DNA from: an uncultured bacterium
Lineage (GTDB): Bacteria > Chlamydiota > Chlamydiia > Chlamydiales > SM23-39
Reading direction: 5' to 3'
DNA: 64,000 nucleotides
Assembly: GCA_963716985.1 (NCBI GenBank)
Contig: OY970323.1
Location: 640,001 to 704,000 of the forward strand
Part shown: piece by piece, positions 10,684 to 19,075 of the stretch
How the letters are laid out: each line of letters starts with the position of its first letter
Numbering within the stretch: position 1 is the stretch's first letter
Notes under the pieces: generated by a model
What the model saw: the letters and a program-made list of their open reading frames with translations, nothing else
The model's database searches: none
What the model was told of the DNA's origin: nothing
Made by a program: the position numbers and the translations under genes

Positions 10684-10868
10684 ACTTCCTCGAAGATCGT
10701 TTCGTGGAAGAAAAACATTCTCGATGGCCAAATTTTTGACCGAGGAAGCATTCTGCCGTCGGTCTTTAGCACTCTCAACGTAGCCATCTTATGGACTTTA
10801 AGCTAGGCCAACCAGGAGTTTGTTCGTCTCCTTTCCAGCCCCTCTCACTTTAGGGAGGAGTGATTGAC
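10684..10868 (-). ncRNA. HEARO / omega-RNA-like structured element (IscB-type IS200/IS605 RNA scaffold), no cognate ORF
   Basis: Minus strand GTCAATCACTCCTCCCTAAAGTGAGAGGGGCT...TGGTTGGCCTAGCTTAAAG...GGCTACGTT...AAGACCGACGGCAGAATGCTTCCTCGG...CGAGGAAG. GTCAATCA pairs with TGGTTGGC; CTTCCTCG is complementary to downstream CGAGGAAG (pseudoknot-like). Similarity judged from memory of the family. Confidence 0.6.
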
Positions 10869-10874
10869 GGATAA

Positions 10875-11708
10875 TCAAGAGGGCTCTGATTGCAATCTTT
10901 GGCGATCCTTTGATTCCAAACAATGGGTGCTTAAAGATTTTTTGAATGTTTCCTTTTGGGCGTCGAAGTAAGAAAAATCGGTCCATTCTCGAATGTGAAT
11001 GGGGACGATGGTGATAAATCCTTCTTTCAGAAGCTCAATGTCGCTTTCTCTATCTTCTTTGGCAAGAAAGTTCCAATCATTCTTTAAGGAATAATAAGAA
11101 TGACCTTCGCGGTGGCGGAAGCTCATCGGCGTTCCTTCCCAATAACTTTGTCCTTGCCGGGCCAGACGCACGCCTTGAATCTTTGGAGTGGTTGGGAATG
11201 TGACATTAAAAAAGGTCCCGGGAGAGGGGGGATTGTTCATGATCAAAGATATGATGGGAAAAATGAGATGTTCAAAAGGTTCATAGAGAGTTACTTGGAA
11301 ATTTTCCGCGGAGAAAGCAATACCCAGTATTCCCCGAAGGGCGCCTTCGATCACACAGCCGACGGTTCCGCTATAAAAAATGCACCTTCCCGCGTTTGAG
11401 CCGCGATTGATGCCCGATAGAATCAGATCGGGCCTCCGGTCTTTGAGGAGGACGTTGAGTCCCAGTTTGACACAGTCCCCGGGCGTTCCATTGACGCACC
11501 AAGCGTCAGGATGCGATTCTTCCCAAGGGACATTTTTTAGGCGCAGGGCGGCCTGAGGAGAGGTGGCAAGACCCATTCCCGATTTTTCGGAATCCGGGGC
11601 AACGATCATGGTCTTTGCATGTTTTGCGACAGCGCGCCAAAGCGATCGAATGCCGGGTGCGTGAATGCCGTCATCGTTGGTGAGAAGAATCAATGGTTTT
11701 TTTGTCAT
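10875..11708 (-). CDS. surE: 5'/3'-nucleotidase SurE
   Basis: ILLTNDDGIHAPGI, GTPGDCVKLG, SGINRGSN and YSGTVG motifs. Confidence 0.96.
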   Translation of the reverse strand: MTKKPLILLTNDDGIHAPGIRSLWRAVAKHAKTMIVAPDSEKSGMGLATSPQAALRLKNVPWEESHPDAWCVNGTPGDCVKLGLNVLLKDRRPDLILSGINRGSNAGRCIFYSGTVGCVIEGALRGILGIAFSAENFQVTLYEPFEHLIFPIISLIMNNPPSPGTFFNVTFPTTPKIQGVRLARQGQSYWEGTPMSFRHREGHSYYSLKNDWNFLAKEDRESDIELLKEGFITIVPIHIREWTDFSYFDAQKETFKKSLSTHCLESKDRQRLQSEPS

Positions 11709-13135
11709 TGGACAGACTCTTTTTTATAAGTCCCGCATGAGATGAGATAGATTGCGGCAGAGCTAAGGATAAAACTTACGACCATCGTAGGAATTTGAAT
11801 TTCTAAAAATTGTGAAGCGAGAGGCCAAAGTGCTGCAGTGGTCCCCCCAGTGAGTATCCCTGCAAAAGCCGCCTGCTTGGTGGTTTTTTTCCAATAGAGA
11901 GAAAATAAAAGCAAGGGCCCAAAAGAAGAGCCAAGGCCGGACCAAGCATATAAAACAAGGCTATAAATCGAAGAGTTTTGAAAAAAAGCCACCACGAAAG
12001 CAATCAAGGCCATGAAAAGAACGCTCAATCGAGAAGCCCAAAGGAGCTCTTTTTTGGAGTAGGTTTTATGGGATAGGCGCTTGTAAAGATCTTCGGCAAT
12101 GCTGGAGGCCGATACGAGGATTTGAGCGGCCATCACGTTGGTGGCGGCGGCGATGATTGCACATAAAATGAGTCCGGAAAAAAAGGGGGAGAGAGTCGCT
12201 TTGACGACTTCTAAAGAGACGAGTTCCGCATTGTAAAGGCCGCGAGGGAAAATGAGAATGCCGATCAGGCCAAAAAGAGTAGCGCCTCCCAATGCTAAAG
12301 CTTGCCAGGTAACGCCAAGATATTTTGCTTTGTAGATCTCTTGAACGTTCTTGATGCCCATGAATCGGGTGACAATATGGGGCTGTCCAAAATAGCCAAG
12401 CCCCCATCCGCAGCTGATCATCAGAATATCGAAGAGGGTTTGCAAAGAAAGGTCGGGTACGAGAGTCGTAGAAAGGCCATTTTGTTTCAAGAGAGAGAAA
12501 ATCGGAGCAAATCCTCCGAGCTGCCAGAGCAGATAAATGGGAATTGCAAGGATTACGACAAGCAAGAAAAGTCCTTGGAAAAGATCGATCCACGCAACGG
12601 TGACATAGCCGCCCAAAAAGACGTAGGCCACCACAACCAACAGCCCAAAGAAAATGCCGATGAAATAGTTGAGGCCGAAAATGGAATGGACAAGATAGCC
12701 AAAGGCCACGAGCCCTGCGGAAATGTAAAAAGCATAAAAGAGCACGGTCAAAAGAGTAGATAGGAGGCGGAGGGTTCCCGTTTGGTCTTCGAACCGTTTT
12801 TCGAAGAAGGTATTCAGAGTGATGCTTTCTGTTTTTTCGGTTCCCATGCGCAGTTTTGGCGCAACAAATTGCCAGTTCAAAAACATGAAAAAGGTCAGAC
12901 CGATTGCGAGCCAGATATTAAAAATACCCGTTGTGAAGATCAGGGCAGGATAGGCCATAAAAAGCCATTGGCTCATATCGCTTCCATGAGCGGAAAGAGC
13001 GGTTAGCCAAAAATTCAAGGAACGATTTCCAATGACAAAATCTTTGTCCGATTTTTGTTTATGATAAGAGATTGTGACAACGATGCACAAAACGAGGAAA
13101 TAAACAAAAAAAGTGGATATTTCAAGAAAATGCAT
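11705..13135 (-). CDS. putP: Sodium/proline symporter (SSS family)
   Basis: ALSAHGSDMSQWL and GWGLGYFGQPHI motifs; many TM helices. Confidence 0.88.
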   Translation of the reverse strand: MHFLEISTFFVYFLVLCIVVTISYHKQKSDKDFVIGNRSLNFWLTALSAHGSDMSQWLFMAYPALIFTTGIFNIWLAIGLTFFMFLNWQFVAPKLRMGTEKTESITLNTFFEKRFEDQTGTLRLLSTLLTVLFYAFYISAGLVAFGYLVHSIFGLNYFIGIFFGLLVVVAYVFLGGYVTVAWIDLFQGLFLLVVILAIPIYLLWQLGGFAPIFSLLKQNGLSTTLVPDLSLQTLFDILMISCGWGLGYFGQPHIVTRFMGIKNVQEIYKAKYLGVTWQALALGGATLFGLIGILIFPRGLYNAELVSLEVVKATLSPFFSGLILCAIIAAATNVMAAQILVSASSIAEDLYKRLSHKTYSKKELLWASRLSVLFMALIAFVVAFFQNSSIYSLVLYAWSGLGSSFGPLLLFSLYWKKTTKQAAFAGILTGGTTAALWPLASQFLEIQIPTMVVSFILSSAAIYLISCGTYKKESVQ

Positions 13136-13183
13136 GAACGAACAATCCTTACATGTATTGATACTTCATTGAGGAGGTTAAAT

Positions 13184-13933
13184 TCAAGGGAGATCCTCCT
13201 TAATGGCTTTTTTCGAACCGTAAACAAGGGCGCCGTGCGATAAATTTTTTCTAGACATGGGAAACTCCGCTTCCATTGCCCTCAAGACGCGCTCTGCTGC
13301 ACTTCTCTTTGTATTTTTGCCGAATGGGCAGGTGCAGGAAGTTGTCAGAAAGCCATGCAGATGGGCAAATCGGACGATCATTTCTTCCGTTACATAGATG
13401 AAGGGACGGATGATCGTGATACCATATTGGACCATTTTGATTTTGGGGAGCATGGAGCAAAATTCCCCCTTTTGCAAAAGGTTCATGAGCAGGGTTTGGA
13501 TGTTGTCGTCGCGGTGGTGGGCAAAAGCGATGGTAGTGGATCCAATCGACCGGGCGGATTCAAAAAGCAGACGTCTGCGGATACGCGAACAGGTATAGCA
13601 TTCAAGCCTTTCCTTTACGGGAGGAAAGGGTTTGATTGTCAGAGGAACGCCAAGCTCTTTGCAGATTTCCTCTAAATTTTTTCTTGTTTTTTCTCCATTG
13701 GGAGAAAAATGCTCTGCGACATGAAGGGCATGAAGATGAAAGGGAGGAAAGCCCCGTCCGGAAATGGCGTGTAATAGAAAAAGCAATGAAAGGCTGTCTT
13801 TACCTCCGCTCAAGGCGAGTGTTAAAGGAGCGGAAGAATCGATCATGGAAAAGTCATAAAGAGCTTTGCGGCAAGAGCTTTCTAGGCTTTTTCCTAATTT
13901 TGTCCAAGGAGGACGAGCAATCGATTTTGGCAT
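13184..13933 (-). CDS. ttcA: tRNA 2-thiocytidine biosynthesis TtcA-family protein
   Basis: PP-loop SGGKDS, CxxC (CYTC), HHRDD, IIRPF and CTCP motifs. Confidence 0.85.
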   Translation of the reverse strand: MPKSIARPPWTKLGKSLESSCRKALYDFSMIDSSAPLTLALSGGKDSLSLLFLLHAISGRGFPPFHLHALHVAEHFSPNGEKTRKNLEEICKELGVPLTIKPFPPVKERLECYTCSRIRRRLLFESARSIGSTTIAFAHHRDDNIQTLLMNLLQKGEFCSMLPKIKMVQYGITIIRPFIYVTEEMIVRFAHLHGFLTTSCTCPFGKNTKRSAAERVLRAMEAEFPMSRKNLSHGALVYGSKKAIKEDLP

Positions 13934-14020
13934 GTTTTTCCCATAAAGAAAAACGATTATATGTAGACTTTAGATAAAAATTCATGTATTTTATTTGGAG
14001 TTTTATTATTTGGATGATTC

Positions 14021-14281
14021 ATGGAACGAAAAGTTGGACGAAATGATCCCTGCCCTTGCGGTTCTGGGAAAAAATTTAAAAAATGTTGTGAACAGACGCT
14101 TCTTGGAAAGAAGTTTCGTGCGCAGACGCTCGATCGCTCTTCTTTAGCCGGCAGGGCCGTGAAAGTGGCGCAAAGTCTCGGCGGTCTTTTTCAGAAAAAA
14201 AACCCAGAGCCTCAAGAAAAGGCCCCTTCGTCAGATGCCGAAACACCTCCTTCTGAAGAGACTCTTCCGCCTAAAGACTAA
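14021..14281 (+). CDS. SEC-C motif-containing small protein
   Basis: [20 protein letters not shown]. Confidence 0.9.
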   Translation: MERKVGRNDPCPCGSGKKFKKCCEQTLLGKKFRAQTLDRSSLAGRAVKVAQSLGGLFQKKNPEPQEKAPSSDAETPPSEETLPPKD

Positions 14282-14332
14282 CTCTTTTCTTGAAGGAAAG
14301 CCTCTGAGCTGTTATACATTTGCTTCTTTCTT

Positions 14333-14405
14333 GCTGGCGTAGCTCAACTGGTAGAGCGCCCGACTTGTAATCGGATGGTTGAGGGTTCAAGTCCTTTCGC
14401 CAGCA
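14333..14405 (+). tRNA. tRNA-Thr(TGT)
   Basis: GCTGGCG...CGCCAGC acceptor stem, anticodon loop CTTGTAA. Confidence 0.97.
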
Positions 14406-14417
14406 ATCACGTATTAA

Positions 14418-14500
14418 GGGGGCGTCGCATAGCGGCAATTGCAAGGGACTGTAAATCCCTCGGTCTATGACCTCCGTTGGTTCGAGTCCAACCGCCCCCA
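14418..14500 (+). tRNA. tRNA-Tyr(GTA); integration target
   Basis: GGGGGCG...CGCCCCC acceptor stem, anticodon loop CTGTAAA, long variable arm GGTCTATGACC. Confidence 0.97.
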
Positions 14501-14628
14501 AAAAACCACCCCGCAAATGCGGGGTTTTTTGTGGACGGAGGAAGCCAATAATTTGGCTTCCGTTTGGGACTCGAAGGGAGGTACTCCGTCGACAAACAAG
14601 CGGTAGGCCCGGAGTCCAACCGCTTCCA
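14501..14628 (+). repeat. tRNA-trailer structured repeat, copy 1 (terminator hairpin, second hairpin, anti-T-loop segment, tRNA 3'-end relic)
   Basis: CCCCGC-AAAT-GCGGGG-TTTTTT; GGAAGCCAA-TAAT-TTGGCTTCC; GGGACTCGAA; ends GAGTCCAACCGCTTCCA. Confidence 0.75.
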
Positions 14629-14867
14629 ATTTTTATAGACAAAATTCTCTCAAAAAACCAAGCCCTAAAAAAACCCGAAAAGTGCGCTTCAAAATCCCGA
14701 ATGGGACACTGGTGGGACAGCAGTTATTACGAGTTTTCAAAGATAAAGGCGTTAAATGAATCGCACTTTTACTCAAAGGGTGCACATACTCATCTTATTC
14801 GGCTTGATAAATGGCTGCTGTGTCGATATATAAATAAATTGATCATTAGAAAGAATGTAGGGAATAA

Positions 14868-16586
14868 ATGACTACTCATGGTGTTCCAAGTCCAAATGAA
14901 CCATCTTTTTTGATAATTAATTCGTCTTCTCAAATAGATTTGTCCAGAGCACGTGTTGCCTACGAGGGCGCGATTAGCAACCCACGAGAGCGACATGCTG
15001 AAGTGGGTATTCTGTTACCCAATGGGAAGGTTCAATATGCCAGACTTGGCAAGAATGAAGAATATGGGCCGCATCGTGTAGGGTCGGTTACAAAGACATT
15101 CACGACATTTTTAGCCTTAAAACTTGCTAAAGATGGGGTATTGCCTCAAGGTTTGAAAACGCGTTGCGGCGACCTTCTTTCAAAGGAAATTCTTGCAAAA
15201 ATATTTGAAGATCCTGCGGCTGCGGAAAATATGACATTAGAGCAGCTTCTTTCCCATACAGCGGGTCTTGAATTAGATGATCATAGTCGCCAACAAGAAA
15301 TTCGTTCTTCTACAATGCATGAGCGTTTTCTACAGGAGGGCCAAGAAGGCCGTAAATTTAAACATACAAGTCAACCTGGAGATGGAATTGGTTCTTATAG
15401 CAATGCTGGGGTTGCGGTTGCGGGTTGGATGTTAGAAGTTGCATATAATAAATATAACGGAAAAGAGACGCCGGTCATTCCCTTTTCTCAGATCATGAAA
15501 AGAGAATTATTTGAAGGAGTTTTTGGATTGTCTGGGCCTTTTATTGGGCCTGCACCTTCTGAGGATATCATCCAGACTCCTGCCGGTGGTATGACATCAT
15601 CCATCGGAGATCTTATGAAAGTTGCCGCCCGTCTTCAGCAAGGAGAAGCTTCTCTTGAGCATTTCTTTGGAAGCGGTTGGCAAAGGGCCATGTTAACGCC
15701 CCGTGATCTTCTACAACATTATGGATTAGGATGCCATGCCAATGCTTCTTCTATTGAACATGCGGGTCTGACTCAAGAAAAATTTGGGGATGAGGCGCGG
15801 GACACTACTGCTTTGGTCGTTTTTCCTCTAGGTCCTGAAAAAGCTGGTTTAGCCGCGATGTGCGATTCAAGTGCACTTGGCCCCGCGCTACAAGAACAGA
15901 GATTTCTCAACGCTTTGAAAAAAAGTGCTGGTATTTCACATATAGAAGAGCCAGAACCTATTTACGATTTGGATTTCTTTTGCCCAGAATCACCGAACGC
16001 TATTCTCTTCCACGGAGATGTTTATCTGATTACGGATGTAGATCCTTTCGCTCTAGTTCCTCCAGAGAGGATTATCTGTACTCGCAATGGGATGAAACAT
16101 GTGCTTGTCCGAGATGCTTCTATCGATAAAAAGGATATCCGTGGGTATCGAGATGAACATGGAAAACCATGGGTTGTCATTTCAAGGGAAGATGGGCGCA
16201 AAGCAATTTATAGCGATTATTGTTTGCTCACCGAAGTGGTAAAGACAGGGGATTTTGCCTTAGCACAACCGGATTTGGTTAGTGTTCAATCATTACAAGG
16301 AGAGTATCGGGATACTGAGACGTTAGGAGAACATCCAATTTATTTCTTTACTGAAAAAAATGGGCACCTTTACATGCGAGAGCGTAATGATAAAATTAGT
16401 TATCCTTGTCTATACATTCCGGACGATGTGGGTGGAGGAGGAGCATGGGTAGTTAGCAATCCAGATGGTCGAAAGATCAAATTTCGATTTCCTAAAAATC
16501 CAGATAGCGACTTCCTTGTAATCACAGATATTCTTATGGGTGTTCCTCAGTTCCCGCCGAAAAGTAAAAGAACTCGTCGCGTATAA
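14868..16586 (+). CDS. Serine hydrolase, beta-lactamase-related (class C-like) family, with C-terminal extension
   Basis: SxxK (GSVTKTF), LLSHTAGL and YSN (SYSNAG) motifs. Confidence 0.8.
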   Translation: MTTHGVPSPNEPSFLIINSSSQIDLSRARVAYEGAISNPRERHAEVGILLPNGKVQYARLGKNEEYGPHRVGSVTKTFTTFLALKLAKDGVLPQGLKTRCGDLLSKEILAKIFEDPAAAENMTLEQLLSHTAGLELDDHSRQQEIRSSTMHERFLQEGQEGRKFKHTSQPGDGIGSYSNAGVAVAGWMLEVAYNKYNGKETPVIPFSQIMKRELFEGVFGLSGPFIGPAPSEDIIQTPAGGMTSSIGDLMKVAARLQQGEASLEHFFGSGWQRAMLTPRDLLQHYGLGCHANASSIEHAGLTQEKFGDEARDTTALVVFPLGPEKAGLAAMCDSSALGPALQEQRFLNALKKSAGISHIEEPEPIYDLDFFCPESPNAILFHGDVYLITDVDPFALVPPERIICTRNGMKHVLVRDASIDKKDIRGYRDEHGKPWVVISREDGRKAIYSDYCLLTEVVKTGDFALAQPDLVSVQSLQGEYRDTETLGEHPIYFFTEKNGHLYMRERNDKISYPCLYIPDDVGGGGAWVVSNPDGRKIKFRFPKNPDSDFLVITDILMGVPQFPPKSKRTRRV

Positions 16587-16650
16587 TAGCCTCGAGAGTC
16601 CCTGAGTTGGTGCAATGTTAATGCTAGCAAAACTTTTGAAAAGTCTACAA

Positions 16651-17022
16651 TTATCTCGCAAGGGCAGCAATTGATGCACGGGATGGCGAATCACCAATCA
16701 TCGTGCTTCCATGTTCTTGATGAGAAGAAGGAACAATGGAAATATAGACATCCTGCCCTAAATCGTTTAGAAATCTCAATAAACGTTCCAGAGAAAAACT
16801 TTTTAGGTATCCTCTCAATAGCAAAGATACTTTAGGTTGATCGATTTTTAAGATTTTGGCTACTTTAGATTGAGTCAATTTCTTTTTCTTAATGATTTTA
16901 CTGATTTCCCAAGCAAGTTGTGATTTAGCAAGAGCTTTTTCTGGATTTGGAACACCTAAATCAGCAAAAACATTCCCAGAGCTTTCTTCATATTCAATAT
17001 CTTTATATTTTTTTTTCTTCAT
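16651..17022 (-). CDS. XRE-family HTH antitoxin (HigA-like)
   Basis: SSGNVFADLG...LTQSKVAKILKIDQPKVSLLLRG...FSLERL; downstream of a RelE-like gene. Confidence 0.88.
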   Translation of the reverse strand: MKKKKYKDIEYEESSGNVFADLGVPNPEKALAKSQLAWEISKIIKKKKLTQSKVAKILKIDQPKVSLLLRGYLKSFSLERLLRFLNDLGQDVYISIVPSSHQEHGSTMIGDSPSRASIAALAR

Positions 17023-17039
17023 AACTTCTCCTCATGAGA

Positions 17040-17390
17040 TTACTTCAAAAGAGCTCTCGCTTCTTTTAGGCGTTGTTTAATGATTTCTATTTCATGTCTT
17101 GGAGTAGCAATACCACATTTTGATTTTTTCTGGAAAACATGTAGTACAACCACAATTTCTTTAAATTCAACTGTATAAACAGCTCTGTATGTTCCGCTAG
17201 AATCATTTTCACGAATTTCCCAGATCTTAGCGCTGTCAAATCCTCTGAGTAATTTTGCCGATGGAGGAACTTCGCCTTTCTGCACGCCTAATAGTGCGTG
17301 GCCAACTGCTCTATGCACTCTGTCTGGAAATTCTTTTAAGTCAAAGCGACTTTGTCTTATCCATATGATGCGCTTCATATCGATATCCAA
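17040..17390 (-). CDS. RelE/ParE-family toxin (HigB / Gp49-like)
   Basis: WEIRENDSSGTYRAVY...VLHVFQKKS...TP; toxin-first order with an XRE antitoxin. Confidence 0.88.
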   Translation of the reverse strand: MDIDMKRIIWIRQSRFDLKEFPDRVHRAVGHALLGVQKGEVPPSAKLLRGFDSAKIWEIRENDSSGTYRAVYTVEFKEIVVVLHVFQKKSKCGIATPRHEIEIIKQRLKEARALLK

Positions 17391-17413
17391 AACTATCTCA
17401 ATTCACAATCAAT

Positions 17414-17431
17414 TATGCCTATATGGGCATA
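17414..17431. promoter_or_regulatory. Palindromic operator upstream of the HigBA-like pair
   Basis: TATGCCTATATGGGCATA is a near-perfect inverted repeat just upstream of the toxin start. Confidence 0.6.
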
Positions 17432-17467
17432 TTATTGCGAAAACAATTTTTGGACCATATGAATTTT

Positions 17468-17660
17468 TGGGACACTGGTGGGACAGCAATCCCTTGAAAC
17501 TACCAAAAACACCCAACAAGAAACAATAATTATTTTACCACAAGACGCTTGTTTTTAGATTGATAGGTATTGATTAGGGTTGATAGAGATTGGATTCCGA
17601 CTGACTGTAAATCCCTCGGTCTATGACCTCCGTTGGTTCGAGTCCAACCGCCCCCAAAAA
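17468..17660 (+). repeat. attR-like site type A (arm motif, ~115-bp arm, tRNA-Tyr 3' half)
   Basis: tRNA identity starts at the anticodon loop; the ~135 nt upstream aligns with 31616-31750. Confidence 0.85.
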
Positions 17661-17789
17661 TAAAACCCGCAAAATGCGGGTTTTTTTATTTTGGGGGCGA
17701 GCAAGCCAATAGTTTGGCTTGCGTGTTGAGACTCGAAGTGAGGAGCTTTGCGACGAACTGGCGGGATTCCCGGAGTCCAACCGCCCCCA
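17657..17789 (+). repeat. tRNA-trailer structured repeat, copy 2
   Basis: CCCGCAAAATGCGGG hairpin; TTGGGGGCG (antisense to the acceptor strand); GCAAGCCAA...TTGGCTTGC hairpin; GTTGAGACTCGAA; ends GAGTCCAACCGCCCCCA. Confidence 0.8.
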
Positions 17790-18210
17790 AATCTCATAGA
17801 CAAAAAATGAACGAAAAAAGATAAAGAAAGAGGGCATGTAAGGAGCTGGGCTCTCTAATTTGTCCAACCCCCTGTTCAACCTTTTTCGGACAACGGTAAG
17901 TTCTGCTCATGACTTTTTATTTCCAACAAATCTTAGATGAGGGCACTTCCAACCCCATCGTAGCTCGCACTCATGTTCAGTGGAGTGAGTTGCTGAAACT
18001 GTGTCGGCTCGAAAAAGAAAAGAAAGACGATCTACGCAGTATTTTTTTTGACATAACGAAGGCGATCCTTGCTGCAAACAAGGAGGCAATCCCACTTATT
18101 GAGGAGTTACGATCTATAGATGGTGATCCCGTTGCGCATGGCCTAATTTGGGAACCGCATAAGCGCGCTATCCCATCCGCACTCAAGTTAGATAATGGTA
18201 AGCGTCTAAT

Positions 18211-18312
18211 CTAGTGCTCTGCCATTCTTTAATTTTAGGATAAATTGACTTGAGTTTATGCCGACCGTTGCCAAACTTATAATCCTAAATTTTAACTATG
18301 ACAGAGCACTAG
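18211..18312 (+). mobile_element. 102-bp MITE (CTAG-flanked), copy 1, inside the IS66 left TIR
   Basis: CTAGTGCTCTGCCAT...ATGACAGAGCACTAG with ~27-bp imperfect TIRs; identical to 25416-25517. Confidence 0.9.
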
Positions 18313-18371
18313 CCATCTTTTTTGTTTTCCTTCGTCATGGCACTCTGGTTTTTCTTAACCAAAGGAGTGTT

Positions 18372-18686
18372 ATGCCAAGACCTTTCCCAGAAGAAAAAAG
18401 ACGCATCTGGCAAGAAAAAGTGCAAACGCAACGAATTAGCGGATTAAGCATGGCGCGTTGGTGTCGTGAGCAGCAGGTAAATTACAATTCTTTCCTGTAT
18501 TGGGATAAGCGCTTCCCTGAAAAATCTCAGATAACACGCGACTCTTTTCAAGAGCTCTATGAAGAAACTAAGACGGACCCAGGCGTTGCTATCGAATGTC
18601 AGGGAATGAAAGTTGTTCTATTAAAATCATTCGACCCAGTCGTTTTGGCTCAATGTCTACAAGTTCTCAAGGCACTGCCATGCTAA
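18372..18686 (+). CDS. tnpA: IS66 accessory protein TnpA
   Basis: W...QRISGLSMARWCREQQVNYNSFLYW HTH-like segment; AGGAG RBS. Confidence 0.88.
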   Translation: MPRPFPEEKRRIWQEKVQTQRISGLSMARWCREQQVNYNSFLYWDKRFPEKSQITRDSFQELYEETKTDPGVAIECQGMKVVLLKSFDPVVLAQCLQVLKALPC

Positions 18687-19009
18687 GTCTGCCTGCAAAC
18701 GCCCGCCTGTTTTTGTGTCGCGCGCCTGTCAGTATGCGCAAGAGCTTTGAAGGTCTGAGCATTCTCGTCGAACAATTGTTCCCCGGAGAGCTCTTGTCCG
18801 GAGCTCTTTTTATTTTTCTAAGCCGACGCAAGGATCATATGAAGGTTCTCTACTGGGATGGTGATGGGTTTGTCATTTTTTATAAGCGCTTGGAAAAAGG
18901 TTCTTTTATTCCTCGGGAAGGAATGACATCAACGCTGCCAAGACGTGAATTTTTGATGCTTTTGGAAGGAGTCGTTCCTAAACGATTACAACCTCGGTTT
19001 TCTCTATGA
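18680..19009 (+). CDS. tnpB: IS66 accessory protein TnpB
   Basis: PVSMRKSFEGL, FIFLSRRKD and KVLYWDGDGF...KRLEKGSF motifs. Confidence 0.93.
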   Translation: MLSLPANARLFLCRAPVSMRKSFEGLSILVEQLFPGELLSGALFIFLSRRKDHMKVLYWDGDGFVIFYKRLEKGSFIPREGMTSTLPRREFLMLLEGVVPKRLQPRFSL

Positions 19010-19075
19010 AAATAATTCGACTTTTCGTGCATTTTTCTCTTCTTTTTTTAAAGGGTTTTTGCTATCATTTTCTCT

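Larger units (their letters stand above)
14447..17660. mobile_element. Small integrated element (~3.16 kb) flanked by a 58-bp direct repeat of the tRNA-Tyr 3' half; no integrase
   Basis: 14447-14504 is identical to 17603-17660 (GACTGTAAATCCC...CCGCCCCCAAAAA). An identical 21-mer TGGGACACTGGTGGGACAGCA lies inside both ends (14702-14722, 17468-17488). Confidence 0.85.

Noticed and set aside
14725..14830. Possible tyrosine-integrase C-terminal relic on the minus strand (RHSS...EYVHPLSKSAI)
   Set aside because: Too short and broken by frame changes and stops. The position would fit, but the sequence cannot support the call.
14271..14871. ORFs overlapping tRNA-Thr and tRNA-Tyr (also 10524-10787 and 17574-17879)
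   Set aside because: Translations of tRNA or att sequence, not plausible proteins.
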